A stretch of DNA of 64,000 bases, from NCBI RefSeq assembly GCF_964204645.1, contig NC_134025.1:23044299-23108298 (forward strand). Direction: 5' to 3'. Below, one piece after another: positions 50,216 to 61,877 of this stretch (position 1 is the stretch's first letter; every line of letters starts with the position of its first letter). The translations under genes and the position numbers were made by a program. The notes under the pieces were generated by a model, which was not told the DNA's origin, made no database searches, and saw nothing but the letters and a program-made list of their open reading frames with translations. This DNA is from Tubulanus polymorphus. Lineage: Eukaryota > Animalia > Nemertea.

Positions 50216-53200
50216 ATGTCCCCAATCATAAGAGGATTATTGTTTTCGATAATCATATGTTCTGCCGCAGTTTTGGGACCATTCCCTCTGCTTTGTCCAC
50301 TAATGCCGCTCATGATTATCAATCCACCAATTTATAGACGACTCACTGACATCGTGATATCGACGTGGTTTACGTTGGTCGTTGTAAGTGTATATAGATT
50401 CATAAAGTATAGAAAAAGTCCCACAATATTGAAGTCTATAAGCTTATGTAACTTTGTTATGACAATTTTGTAACAACAATTTTAGTGCCCCTCGATCCTT
50501 TAAAGGACCGGGCTGGGTGAAAAGTCAAATAGTGGCAGTCTATCTAAACAAAAATCTGATGATGATGATACGAATAGCAAAATTATAAAATGCAATGAAA
50601 TTCATGTTTATATGCACTCCTTTGGCCTTGCGCCCAATAAATTGCAAAGCCGCTTGGCAAGTGCCATTCATTGCGTGACAGCGCCAAATATGTTTAGTTT
50701 TTTCTAATCTCGAATTCAGATGCTGATGGATAAGTTAGGTAATATAAAAGTTGTTATAACTGGTGATGCTATTGATTGTAACGAAGGGAGTCTGATTATA
50801 ATGAATCACAGAACGCGTCTGGATTGGATGCATTTTTTCACCTGTATACAGAGATTTGGATCGCCCCGGACGCTAAAAGTCATGCTGAAAAAGCTTCTTA
50901 AATACATCCCCATTGCAGGTACGCTTGAATGAAAAAAAATGCGGTTTTTAGCCCGCTTGACTGAAGGCCAAGTTCAGGCTTACGCTGACCCCTGGGTCTA
51001 AGTGGTGGTCTGGCGACTGTTCAAGTGTATCGTTCACTTGTCTATGGAAAACACCATCATAATATGATATGGCATAAGAATCCTTTCGGCTTCTAAGTCC
51101 GTGATTTTTCTTTATTTTCAAGGATGGGGCATGCAGGTCGGACAGTTCATTTTTGTACATAGGAAATGGGACATCGATAGGATGGTATTTGACAAGATTC
51201 TATCGTACTTTAGCGACATCAATTACAAACCTCAGGTATTATGAATGATTATCAGTAAAAAAGGGTATTAGGCCTACATAGAAGCAACAAATTATTACGT
51301 TACAAACATCAAGCTACGCAAAATTTCTCATCTATCTTCCTCGCATGGCTTTCATGCTAATTGAATTTTCTGCAATCGTCTTGAAAAAAAAGTTTAATTT
51401 TTCAAATATTTTTTAGATTTTGTTATTCCCCGAGGGTACGGACTTTTGCGAAAAATCCAGGGCAAGTAGTTATCGTTTTGCTGAAAAAAATGGACTGCCA
51501 CCGTATGACTATGTGTTACACCCGCGAACAACTGGGTTCACTTTTATGATCGATAAGATGAGAACAGGTGAGTCAATTTTACAGACTAGTTTTAACCCTT
51601 TCATGTTGACTAATTGATACCTAAGGGATGTTCCATAAAGTACGTGTGCATGGTCGAGGTAGGACCACATTGTACAATGCGTACGAAATGCGTATTGTAG
51701 GTAGGGTCAATTTAGTCAGTAACCTGTCTGTGGTTTAGTTTCACGATCGGATATTTTACAAACCATTTGGTATAAACCACATGGTATAAGCATGGAGTAA
51801 TCCTCCCAGCCCATCCGATTATAAAAAGCTTACCACCAACGCTTAGGTAACCAACTAGGGTCAATTTAGATTTAGCGCATGAACTTAATGAATGAAAAAT
51901 AATCTAATTTAACGCAGTGTCTGGCCGTAACTCAGTACCGAGCCTGTTCACTCAAACATTCACTTGGTTTGTATTGATCATGTAGCCTGACAACAGTGAA
52001 ATAAATATAGCATTTATTTAAGCGTACCATTGACTTCTGTTTAATTGTTTTAATTTGGGTAACTTAGGTTTTACTTTACGCACGTATGTTGTCTTGTGTA
52101 CAAGACGTGAAGACATAATGTCGGAATTTAAAAAGTGTGTATATATCCTACGGTACTAAAATGTGATTCATTTCAAGATAATAATAGAACCCATCGAGAA
52201 CTATTGATGTGTTGTTTACATACTAAAGACAGTGTGTGGATTAAGTAACGTAGATTTATTGATTATTGTGTACCAGTATTATTGTAGGACCAGTTAAACA
52301 AATGCGTACCGGTACTTCATGCATTTGGAAGGTAGGACCTCATATTTTTGGCAATTTCCATGGATGCATACGTACTTCATAGACCATCCCTAAATACCCC
52401 AGTGTGTTGAATAAGAGGCATACTACTATAATGTGTCTACACCGCTCTGCAGTGTATTGTTAGTTAGAGGTTACATATATTTAATTGTGTTTCACAGGTG
52501 CTGCCATCTTTCATTAGAGATAACTAGGGGTCCAGGGACACCATGCCCACTTGGAAAGTGGTTTCAAAAGCTCAATCTAACAATTTGAATAAAGCCCCCT
52601 GGTGACCATACACAAAAACCGATGACCTTGAAACTCACCACATTCATAGAACATGTCAGTAGCTACAATTTCGCAATTAGTTGTGATAACAATTTATGCC
52701 TCGGTACCAATATAATATCGAAATACTAAGTTATTCTACTATTCAACGCCCCTGGTGACCATATGCAAAACCCAATGACCTTGAAACTCGCCACATTCAT
52801 AGGACATGTCAGCAGCTACAATTTCGCAATTAGTTGTGATAACAATAGATGCCTAGGTACCAATATAAAAAGGAAATACGAAGTTATTCTACTATTCACC
52901 GTCCCCTGGTGACCATACTGAAAAATTAATGACCTTGAAACTCACCACAATCGTAAGCCTTGTCATGAGCTACAACTTTGTAATTTATTGTGGTAACAAA
53001 ATATGCATAGGTACAAATATAATATGGAAATACTAAATTATTGTATTATTCAACGCCCCCTGGTGGCCATATACAAAAACCAATGACCTTGAAACTCACC
53101 AGAATCATAGACCATGTCATGAGCTACAACTTTGCAATTGATTGTGCTAACAAAATATGTTTAGGTTTCAATATTATGTGGAAAAACTTTTCCACCTACG

Positions 53201-54335
53201 AATGAGTACTGATGACACCAAGATGGCCACCAATTGCGTGATCATAGGCTGATAAAAAATACCTCAAGTATTGAAGAAAACGTGGAAATAAATCTTTGAA
53301 TCTTAATATCTAGAATTGTACTAATCTGTTAAAAAGAACTGAAATTACCCAACTGAATTAGAGATTGAAAAAATGCATTGCTTTGAAACGTTTGGAATAT
53401 ATATTTTAGCCGACTTAGCTAAATTTCCGACTTCTAGAATGCGCTTTTGGGACAGATTTTGTTAGGAAAATGAACTGAAAAAAATTGGGACCTTGGAATT
53501 TCAGCCGACTTTGTCGATTTTCCTTCTTAAAGCTGTCCGACTTACGTTAGTTCTACTGTACGTGCCAGGCAGTGGTGATAAAAAAGTGTCCTTTGAATTT
53601 CTGTCATATTCTGTAAATAAACAATTCTAAAAAAAAATCTCACTAAAATCTTGGCCAACAGTCCATACAACGTTTCATCAAGTGAAGGGTACCACACACT
53701 ACAGGCATCCGTTAATTGGTTAGTGGCCATAAAAAGGTGCACTGTGCAGAATGTAATGTGCCCTTCTAAATCCAGAATACAGTAAATAATGGATCCCTGG
53801 TCCTTGATCTGCCCATGCCATGGATCATGAAAAACCTTAAAAATCAGTTTCATTCTTTCTCTCCAAATGTTTTTAAGGTGGCATGCTCGATGCTGTGTAC
53901 GATGTCACTGTCGGTTACCCTTGCAACATACCTCACGGCGAACCAGACATAGTGGTAGGAAATTTTGCGAAGGAGGTCCACTTCCATATACGACGCCATG
54001 ACCCACACACGTTACCTACTGATCAAACTCAATTAGCGGAATGGTGTATGAACCGGTGGCAAGAAAAAGAGCAAATTCTGCAGCAGTTTTATCAGGATAA
54101 ACAATTCAATCATCCATCACCGCCGGTTATAGACACCGAACCAATCATGCAACAAATAGCCATTTTTTTAATTATCAATATGACGATGGCGCTGGTCATG
54201 ATTTATTATATATCGGTGGTACGGTGGTACTTTCTTCTATGTATTCTATGTCATGTGATCATCGAGCGGAAATTCAGTGGTTTCGATCTGCTTCAGGTTA
54301 ACATTTACAACAGACTGTTCAAACGGCGAAACTAA
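50216..54335 (+). CDS. LCLAT1: Lysocardiolipin acyltransferase 1-like, copy 1 (362 aa); exons 50216-50383, 50720-50918, 51123-51235, 51417-51567, 53878-54335
   Basis: Acyltransferase motifs NHRTRLDW, FVHRKW, ILLFPEGTD, YVLHPRTTGF and LDAVYDVTVGYP; phases are consistent. Confidence 0.92.
51625..52390. mobile_element. PIF/Harbinger (Tourist-like) element with TAA TSD, containing a nested short repeat at 51720-51862
   Basis: taa|gggatgttccataaagtacgt ... acgtacttcatagaccatccc|taa; absent from the paralogous intron of copy 2. Confidence 0.7.
52522..53235 (-). mobile_element. Truncated Helentron/HINE-like element with about 4 tandem ~153-bp monomers
   Basis: Monomer start cccctggtgaccata recurs at ~52596, 52749, 52903 and 53057; it is the reverse complement of 62430-62983. 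Confidence 0.75.
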
Positions 54336-54782
54336 AATCCGACAAAACACAAAAATTACTTAAATGGGTCATCTATTTATTATTTATGTAGGAAAGGCAG
54401 TGGGGGACTTACCTGTTAGAGTGAATAAAATTTTCTTTATTTCAAATAAGTAATGATACAGTGGGTAATGGGGCATTAAGGAGGAGTGAAAGATTCAGGA
54501 ATTTCGCATACTCTAACTTTTAAACGAATGACCCCTAAAAGCTTGTCTCAAACGAACAATTTCCATCGCAATCGATGACTGGATCAATATTCTTTTAAAG
54601 ATTTTACAGATTGTCACAAAGTGACATTTTTATCTCATACATGTATCCTTTTTCATTTCTACGATTATAAGCGTTTATAACAACATCATGATCATTGGTT
54701 GGATTCTGTTGCTGGTTAAGCCTGTGTGAAAATTGTACAGATATTTTTTGATGGAACAGATGTTTTTTGTATAGATCTACAC

Positions 54783-55030
54783 CAGGGGTGGATCCAGCCG
54801 GTGATTTTGACTATATTCCTAAAAATTATTGCTCAATGAAATGCCAGCGGCGAAGCTCATTAAAGGGGGGTTTGGGGTTCCTCCCAAGAAAAGATTTGAA
54901 AAATGACTCGTTTTCCTTGCATTTAAAGGCATTCTGGACCTGTTAGATAAGGTTTTTCTAGAAAATATGTCATTCACATTCTTCTGACTGTATTCTGGAA
55001 TGCAGTGGAATATAGCTTGGATCCGCCCTG
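54783..55030. mobile_element. hAT-like MITE with 5-bp TSD (tacac)
   Basis: TIRs caggggtggatcca / tggatccgccctg; the empty site is seen in duplicate unit 2 near 61250. Confidence 0.75.
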
Positions 55031-55391
55031 TACACATAAATTGTATTCTGCCATCCATAATTCATGGAATGGAGGAAACAACGCTTGACAACTGCCTTTC
55101 ACCCAATGGTATCTGACATTCAGAAATATTGGATGAAGTCTTTAGAAATTCAAATTACCGGTCTTTATGATTCGTTTTTCAATAAGTTTTCTTTCATTTG
55201 AACTTGATCTGGGGTGGATTTTTAATAATAGTAACTTTTGAGGGGATTGAATAGTTGTTCATTGTCTTAGTAATGATTTTATGACGTCTGGTTCCTCTCA
55301 CTGGTCTGAAATGCTTCTGCTGGTAGGCCTATGTATAAATGCTTTAATAATATATATATTCAAAGAAAATTTTTTTGAGTAGATGAGATTA

Positions 55392-55827
55392 GGTGCTGTG
55401 CATAAAGTACATATATGCACGTAGGGGGAGGGGGTTTTAGAAATCTGTACAAAAGCGTAGGAGGGGAGGGGTGAGCTCAAAGCGTACATACTTTTCTAAG
55501 GGGTAGGGTTAATGTTTATAATACGTACTTTGTGCATGAAACACAATGTGATTTTTACAAATATCCCCTATATTTGTTGGGATTTACTGGGAACTCTCAT
55601 TCTCGGTCTTTCGCTTAGTCAATACGTACATCGATGTTGGAGCTCTGGTGAATTTTGCCTTTTTTAAACCATGGATCCTGAAAAATTCACTTCTACAGGA
55701 AGGGGTTCAATCATACAAGCATGTACGCAAGGGGGGGAAGGGTTATAAAGAACGTACAGAGAGCATACATGGGGGAGAGGGGTAAAAATACTCGGAAGTC
55801 AAGCGTACGTACTTTATGCACGGCCCC
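55392..55827. mobile_element. PIF/Harbinger (Tourist-like) MITE with TTA TSD
   Basis: tta|ggtgctgtgcataaagtac ... gtactttatgcacggcccc|tta. Confidence 0.75.
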
Positions 55828-56595
55828 TTATGGGTTAGAATGCTTAACGCAAGTTATTGGTTCTATCATTTGAATACGGATCATAAGATTTTTTGAGTGT
55901 ATTCATTTTATTTAAGAATGATTACCATGGAGGTAATGATGAGTTAATTGATTTCATTGAGAATGATTACCTTGAAGATAATGAAGTATTACTGTATAGC
56001 ATTCTTCCAAGCAGTGTTAGCTTATTTCAGTGATAAATGTATTTACAATACGCGGTAAAAGTTAACCGTTTAGAAGTAATATATGTGCCTATCTCTGGCT
56101 ATGATTGGCTATATCGTATCTCATCTGATATTGAGGGTCTGCTGAATGGCTGCCTTATTCGTGACATGAAGAATCTAAGAAACATTCAGATCATGCCTAA
56201 GTGGATGTCTGTATTCTAGTATTTTGTACACATATTCTATTTTTGCTAAAATATTTCGACACTGCTCCTCGATGTGCCTAGTTAAACCATTCCAGACGTC
56301 AAGGTTATGAAAAGCTTCATAATCAATGATTAATATCAAAAATGCCTCAAATTTGTGACATTTAGAACTGCTGATGGACTTTTCATCGAATGCGTCATGA
56401 TATATTTACAATATATTTAAGAATGAAGAATTTGTGAAATACTTTACACTATTAATGTAACTGCTATTTATTCTCGAATTAATATATACGCTCAACATAG
56501 AGTATTGGTTATTATTCTCAATTAGTTTGTTAGTCTGTTTAACATCAAAGTGTACATACATTAATGGACCCACCCCCTCTGACATTCAACACATT

Positions 56596-56720
56596 AGGTG
56601 TACTCTTTTATCAGTCACGTGACCTTTTGAAAAGTCCACAATCTTTCTGTTGAGGTGGTGTGATTCGGATTTTGTGTGGAGCCAACTGGAAGCTTCGGAG
56701 GTCATAAAGGAATACACCCA
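56596..56720. mobile_element. Small MITE inserted only in duplicate unit 2
   Basis: ggtgtactcttttat / ataaaggaatacacc; interrupts the sequence caacacatt-gtca seen intact at ~47170. Confidence 0.55.
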
Positions 56721-56822
56721 TAGTCAACATTCCTCCAATTTCTTATCATCCAGGCTTTATTTTTTAAAAGGAAGTGGTAATGAACTACTAACCAATCCTG
56801 GACTAAATTAGTTAGTAACAAA

Positions 56823-57199
56823 GTGGCTATTCGTACGGACCCGTACAAATAATTCTGGAGGCTATTCGTACTCTAGAGGCTATTCGTACGGGAAGGGATA
56901 GGGTTAGGGTAAGTTGAGGCTATATCTAGTTAAAACATTCGGTCGAAGTTCAGCGAGCTCGGTGGTCTAGTGGGATGACACTGCGCTAGTAATTCAATGG
57001 TCCAGGTTCGAGTCTTGCTCGATCCGCTCTATTTTCTCTAACTCTATTCTCAACACTTTCCTTGAATTTTTGAAGTCGTGCACCTCTGTGCGCATGCGCG
57101 GCGTAAATCATCCAATCAGTGACAGTTATTAGCGTACAGTTCCTAGTTCCATATGAATAGCCTTCAGAGTAATCTGTACGGGTCTGTCCGAATAGCCAC
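56823..57199. mobile_element. TIR-bounded element containing a tRNA-derived Pol III cassette at 56952-57028
   Basis: TIRs gtggctattcgtacggacccgtaca / tgtacgggtctgtccgaatagccac; A-box tggtctagtgg, B-box ggttcgagtc. Confidence 0.7.
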
Positions 57200-57478
57200 A
57201 GTGAATTAGTAAAAATGCCTAATATTAGAGTCCACTTTTATCGCATTAATGCTTCCAACGTGATTATCATTTACCCAGTCTGAATGGGTTGTTCCAGGCT
57301 GCAGTATATTTTATGTATGATATCCAAAGTTTCTTTGTAATTTCCGATGCTATTCGCCGATCAGATAGCATTGGGCTGTGGGGACATACATTTAGTTTAT
57401 TCCTGTACCACGATATCATCGATAGCCTTGTCTTATCAACTTACAAAATTAATTCAAATCAGGACGTAGCGTATCTAA

Positions 57479-57889
57479 GGCGCTTTTACGAAATTGAATC
57501 TGATTCGGTTTAGCTAAATCCGATTCGATGTCGGAAAACAAAAGGTTTAGTAAGTCGAATCATTTTTCGTAAATGAGTCGAATCAATTTATCAATTTAAA
57601 GGTCGCGATTCAAAAGAAAATGGGCGTCAATGGTGACCGAATTATTGATAGATGATGGTCTGCGATAGATGTCTTATTTAAGCCTGCGCGGTCGAAGAGG
57701 ACGCCATGTTGGATTTCACTGACTAAATCGCCACTAACTTGCTCGCCGAGCAAGTTAGTCGATTTAATAAATCAGTTTACTAAACCGCGTCCATAAACGA
57801 GTTGATTTACCAAATCCGATTCACTAAACCGCGTGCCGTAAATGTGAAACTTAAATCGCTTTACAAAGATTCAGTTTCGTAAAAGCGCC
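57479..57889. mobile_element. MITE inserted in the promoter of LCLAT1 copy 2
   Basis: TIRs ggcgcttttacgaaa / tttcgtaaaagcgcc; flanks atctaa and gtctaa; empty site at ~49665. Confidence 0.75.
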
Positions 57890-58209
57890 GTCTAAACTTT
57901 ACTTCCGGGTTTTCTCTCGAGGTACGTTTGTGGTGTAGCATTAAGGCAGTGCTGACCCATTTGTTTCTGATTTGATTTTGCTAGGTTTCTACATCGAACG
58001 GTCTGCAGCCAAATTTTTCACGATCGAGATTATTATTTACCGGATATTCTTTTATCTTGGGGAACAAAACTTCACGAATTTTGATATATTACGGACGACG
58101 GAGGCGTTAAAATCCGCTACACCACAAACTAACCCTGTATCATATATCCACTGAATGAATGAATGGAAGTTGACTTTCGATAGGCCCAGTGATGTTTCAC
58201 TCGATAACT

Positions 58210-60784
58210 ATGTCCCCAATCATAAAAGGATTATTGTTTTCGATAATCGCTTATTCTGCCTCACTTTTGGGACCGTTCTATATGCTATGTCCACTTATGC
58301 CGCTCATGATCCTCAATCCACCAGTTTATAGACGACTCACTGACATCATGATATCGATGTGGTCTACATTGGTCGTTGTAAGTATAGGCCTAGATTTAAA
58401 GACTATAGAAAAATCCACAATATTTAAAGGTTTTAAATTTCGTTACAACAATTGTATTGCCCGATCCGCTAAAGACTGGCCGCTATAGACTAATGTTTGG
58501 CATTTCGCCGATAAACTAATAATGATGAAATTCTTTTTTATACGCTAGATTATACCTTGCATCCAAAGAATCAATAAGCAAGCGCCGTTAGATGAGCTGC
58601 TAATTATGTTTAGGCCTATTCATAGTTTTCTCTAATCTTGAATTCAGATGCTGATGGATAAGTTAGGTAACATAAAAGTTGTAATTACCGGTGATGCTGT
58701 TGATTGTAGCGAAGCTAGTCTGATTATAATGAATCACAGGACGCGTCTGGATTGGTTATATTTTTTCACATGTATGCAGAGATTTGGATCGCCCCGGGCG
58801 CTAAAGGTCATGCTCAAAAAGCCTCTTAAATACGTCCCCGGTGCAGGTACGCTTGAATGAAGATCACATTACTTAATTTGAAGATATACCCACCATTAAA
58901 TCTATGACTGATATTAATCTCAGTATTCAAAGTTGATGTGTCGACTCAAATGGTATGAGTCAGTTTCTAAACAAATTTGATTTCTAGAAGCAGGTGTAAT
59001 TACCAACATAAAACAAAAGTAAACAATGAAAACAGAAATACAGAATACCGCTAGGCCTACAGAAATAACCATACAATGTCAGATAAGAATCCTTTCGGGT
59101 TCATGGTGTACATTAATTGAAGAAGTCCCACAATTCTAATTTCACGTAAAATAATTTATTAGAACAAAACCACAACGTTTCGGCTGTTGACTAACAGCCA
59201 TCATCAGGTGGAATTGTGGCCGTGGGACTTCTTCAATTAATATACAATATACGCGGATTAGATTGTTTCATTCGACTGCTATGGTGTACATTTTCTTTAT
59301 TTTCAAGGATGGGCCATGCAGATCGGACAGTTCATTTTTGTACATAGGAAATGGGAGATTGATAGGATGGTATTTGACAAGATTCTATCGTACTTTATCG
59401 ACATCGATTACAAACCTCAGGTAGACTATCACCAAAAAAAGGGTATTATATAGAAGCAACAAATAAGACATACATCGACCCTCGAAACATTTGTCATTTT
59501 AAACCATTCTCCCTCACCTGTGCTTTCATGCTAGTCCTGAATGTTCCAAAAAGTTTTATGCGCTCACCTCAAAGGATCATTTTTCAAAAAATGTTTTAGA
59601 TTTTGTTATTCCCCGAGGGCACAGACTTTTCCGAAAAAACCAGGGAAAGTAGTAATCGTTTTGCTGCGAAAAATGGACTGCTACCATATGACTACGTGTT
59701 ACACCCGCGAACAACCGGGTTCTCGTTTATGATCGACAAGATGAGAACAGGTGAGTAAATTTTATAGACTAGTTTAAACCCTTTAAGCGCTGACTTAGTG
59801 CTGGACATAATTTGAAAATTTTAGGAAATTCCACCCCAGTGTGTTGAATAACGGGCGTACTGCTCTAATACATCCCACACAATGTGTATGTCAAAGTTGC
59901 TGCTCTCTCACCGAGATAAAAAACTAACTACATCAATACAGTGCAGTGCGGTGTACTAGCAAAGTCTGTCACTGATTTATACACCGCACTGCAGTGTAGA
60001 CTCACTGAAAGGGTTAACATGAAGTCATTAAACAATGTTTGTCTGGATCTTCATAAGCCTATCTAGAATTAGCTCTTGTTGCTGTAAATTTTCTACTTAC
60101 TGTTGGTTGTAAGACAGGGCAAAACCCGATTCATGCCCAGTAGCAAAGTTTGTGACTATTTTGTGTACTGGTTAGTACTATATCCTTTATATCTTCTGTA
60201 TATCCTCTACTGTAACCTCCTAATGCCAGAATACAGTTAATAATGGATCTCTTGTCCTTTATCCACCCCTCCCAATTACCATGAAAAACCTTAAAAATCA
60301 GTTTCATTCTTTCTCTTTATTTTAAGGTGACATGCTCGATGCTGTGTACGATGTCACTGTCGGTTACCCTCGCAACATACCTCACGGCGAACTAGACATA
60401 GTGACAGGAAAATTTGCGAAGGAGGTCCACTTCCATATACAACGCCATGACCCACACATGTTACCTACTGATCAAACTCAATTAGCAGAATGGTGTATGA
60501 ACCGGTGGCAAGAAAAAGAGCAAGTTCTGCAGCAGTTTTATCAGGATAAACAATTCAATCATCCATCACCGCCGGTTATAGACACCGAACCAATAATGCA
60601 ACAAACAGCCATTTTTTGGATTATCACTATGACGATGGCGCTAGTCACGATTTATTTGCTATCGGTTGCACGGTGGTACTGTCTTCTATGTATTCTATGT
60701 CATGTGATCGCCGAGCAGAAATTCAGTGGTTTCGATCTGCTTCAGGTTAACATTTACAACAGACTTTTCAAACGGCGAAACTAA
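58210..60784 (+). CDS. LCLAT1: Lysocardiolipin acyltransferase 1-like, copy 2 (362 aa); exons 58210-58377, 58648-58846, 59308-59420, 59600-59750, 60327-60784
   Basis: Exon sizes are identical to copy 1; motifs and splice sites are intact, with no stops or frameshifts seen. Confidence 0.92.
59103..59292. mobile_element. Penelope-like insertion with 12-bp TSD in intron 2 of LCLAT1 copy 2
   Basis: atggtgtacatt at 59103 and 59281. Inverted repeat attaattgaagaagtcccac / gtgggacttcttcaattaat, followed by a ~35-nt tail. Absent from copy 1 and homologous to 1335-1434. Confidence 0.75.
59170..59211 (-). ncRNA. Minimal type I hammerhead ribozyme motif
   Basis: CCAC-CUGAUGA-U-GGCUGUU-AGUC-AACAGCC-GAAA-CG-UU-GUGG, with a perfect stem II and a GUU triplet. 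Confidence 0.7.
59779..60013. mobile_element. piggyBac-like MITE in intron 4 of LCLAT1 copy 2, with a remnant in copy 1
   Basis: ttaa(a)ccctttaag ... ctgaaaggg|ttaa; copy 1 has ttaaccctttcatg near 51592. Confidence 0.5.
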
Positions 60785-61877
60785 AATCTGACAAAACACA
60801 AAAATTACTTAAAGGGGTCATCTATTTATTATTTATGTAGGAAAGGCAGTATTATTTATGTAGGAAAGGCAGTAGAGGGCTTACGTGGTAGGAGTGAATA
60901 AAATTTTCCTTATTTCAGTAATGATATAGCGGGTAATGGGACATTAAGGAGGGGTGAAAGATTCAGGAATTAAGCATTTATAAGTTTTAAATGGATGACC
61001 CCCAAAAAGCTAGTCCCAAACGAACAATTTCCATTGCAATCGATGACTGGATCTCAATGTTCTTGTAAGGATTTACAGATTGTCACAACTGACATTTTTG
61101 TCTTATATATGTGTCCTCTTTCATTTCTATGATTATAAGCGTTTATAACAACATCATGATCATTGGCTGGTTTCTGTTGCAGGTTCAGCCTGCGTGAAAA
61201 GTATTTTGTACAGATATTTTTTAATGGAACAGATTTTTTTGGAATAGATTTACATGTAAATTGTATTTTGCCGTCCATGATTTATGGAATGGAGGAAATA
61301 ACCCTTGTCCACTGCCTTTCACCTGTTGTGATGATCAGCAATTTGAAGAGAGGTCTAGACATTCAAATGTTTGGTCAATGATATGTTTTTCAGATGAAAA
61401 TTTAATTGTTTTCTACAATTTGATCTAGATCTGTGGTTAATTTTTAATAGTAATGTTAGATGGTGGCAAGGTAGTTGTCAAGGGTTCATTGTCTTAACTA
61501 ATAATGATTTTATGATGTCTGGTTCCTCTCACTGGTCTGAAATGCTTCTACTGGTATGTATAAATGCTTTTCAATGTTTAGTGATAGATGGTGCATACTT
61601 AACCATGTGATATATCAGTAAAACTATCTATATTGATTAACATCTTGAATGTTTTAGGATGCTGTCAATGAAATATTGATGTTGAATAATCACTCTCTGA
61701 AAGAAGGCTTAATACATCATTCATGATATTCATTGATATAGATATTTTTCAATGATTTTGCGCGGACCAAGATTAGCTTTTCTTTTTGTACTTAGAGAGA
61801 ATAATATGACTAAAGAAATGCACTGACCTTTATATTTTCCATGTGTGGGCTTTATATATATATGTTTAAGGGATAAT

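Noticed and set aside
52590-53200. Regular repeat array as a possible CRISPR
   Set aside because: Monomers are contiguous ~153-bp units with no unique spacers, there are no cas genes, and the context is eukaryotic.
56037-56219. Second copy of the death-domain gene
   Set aside because: Homology starts at the stop codon, so only 3' UTR sequence was duplicated.
56952-57028. Functional tRNA-Thr(AGT) gene
   Set aside because: The anticodon and acceptor stems pair poorly and it lies inside a TIR element, so it is treated as tRNA-derived.
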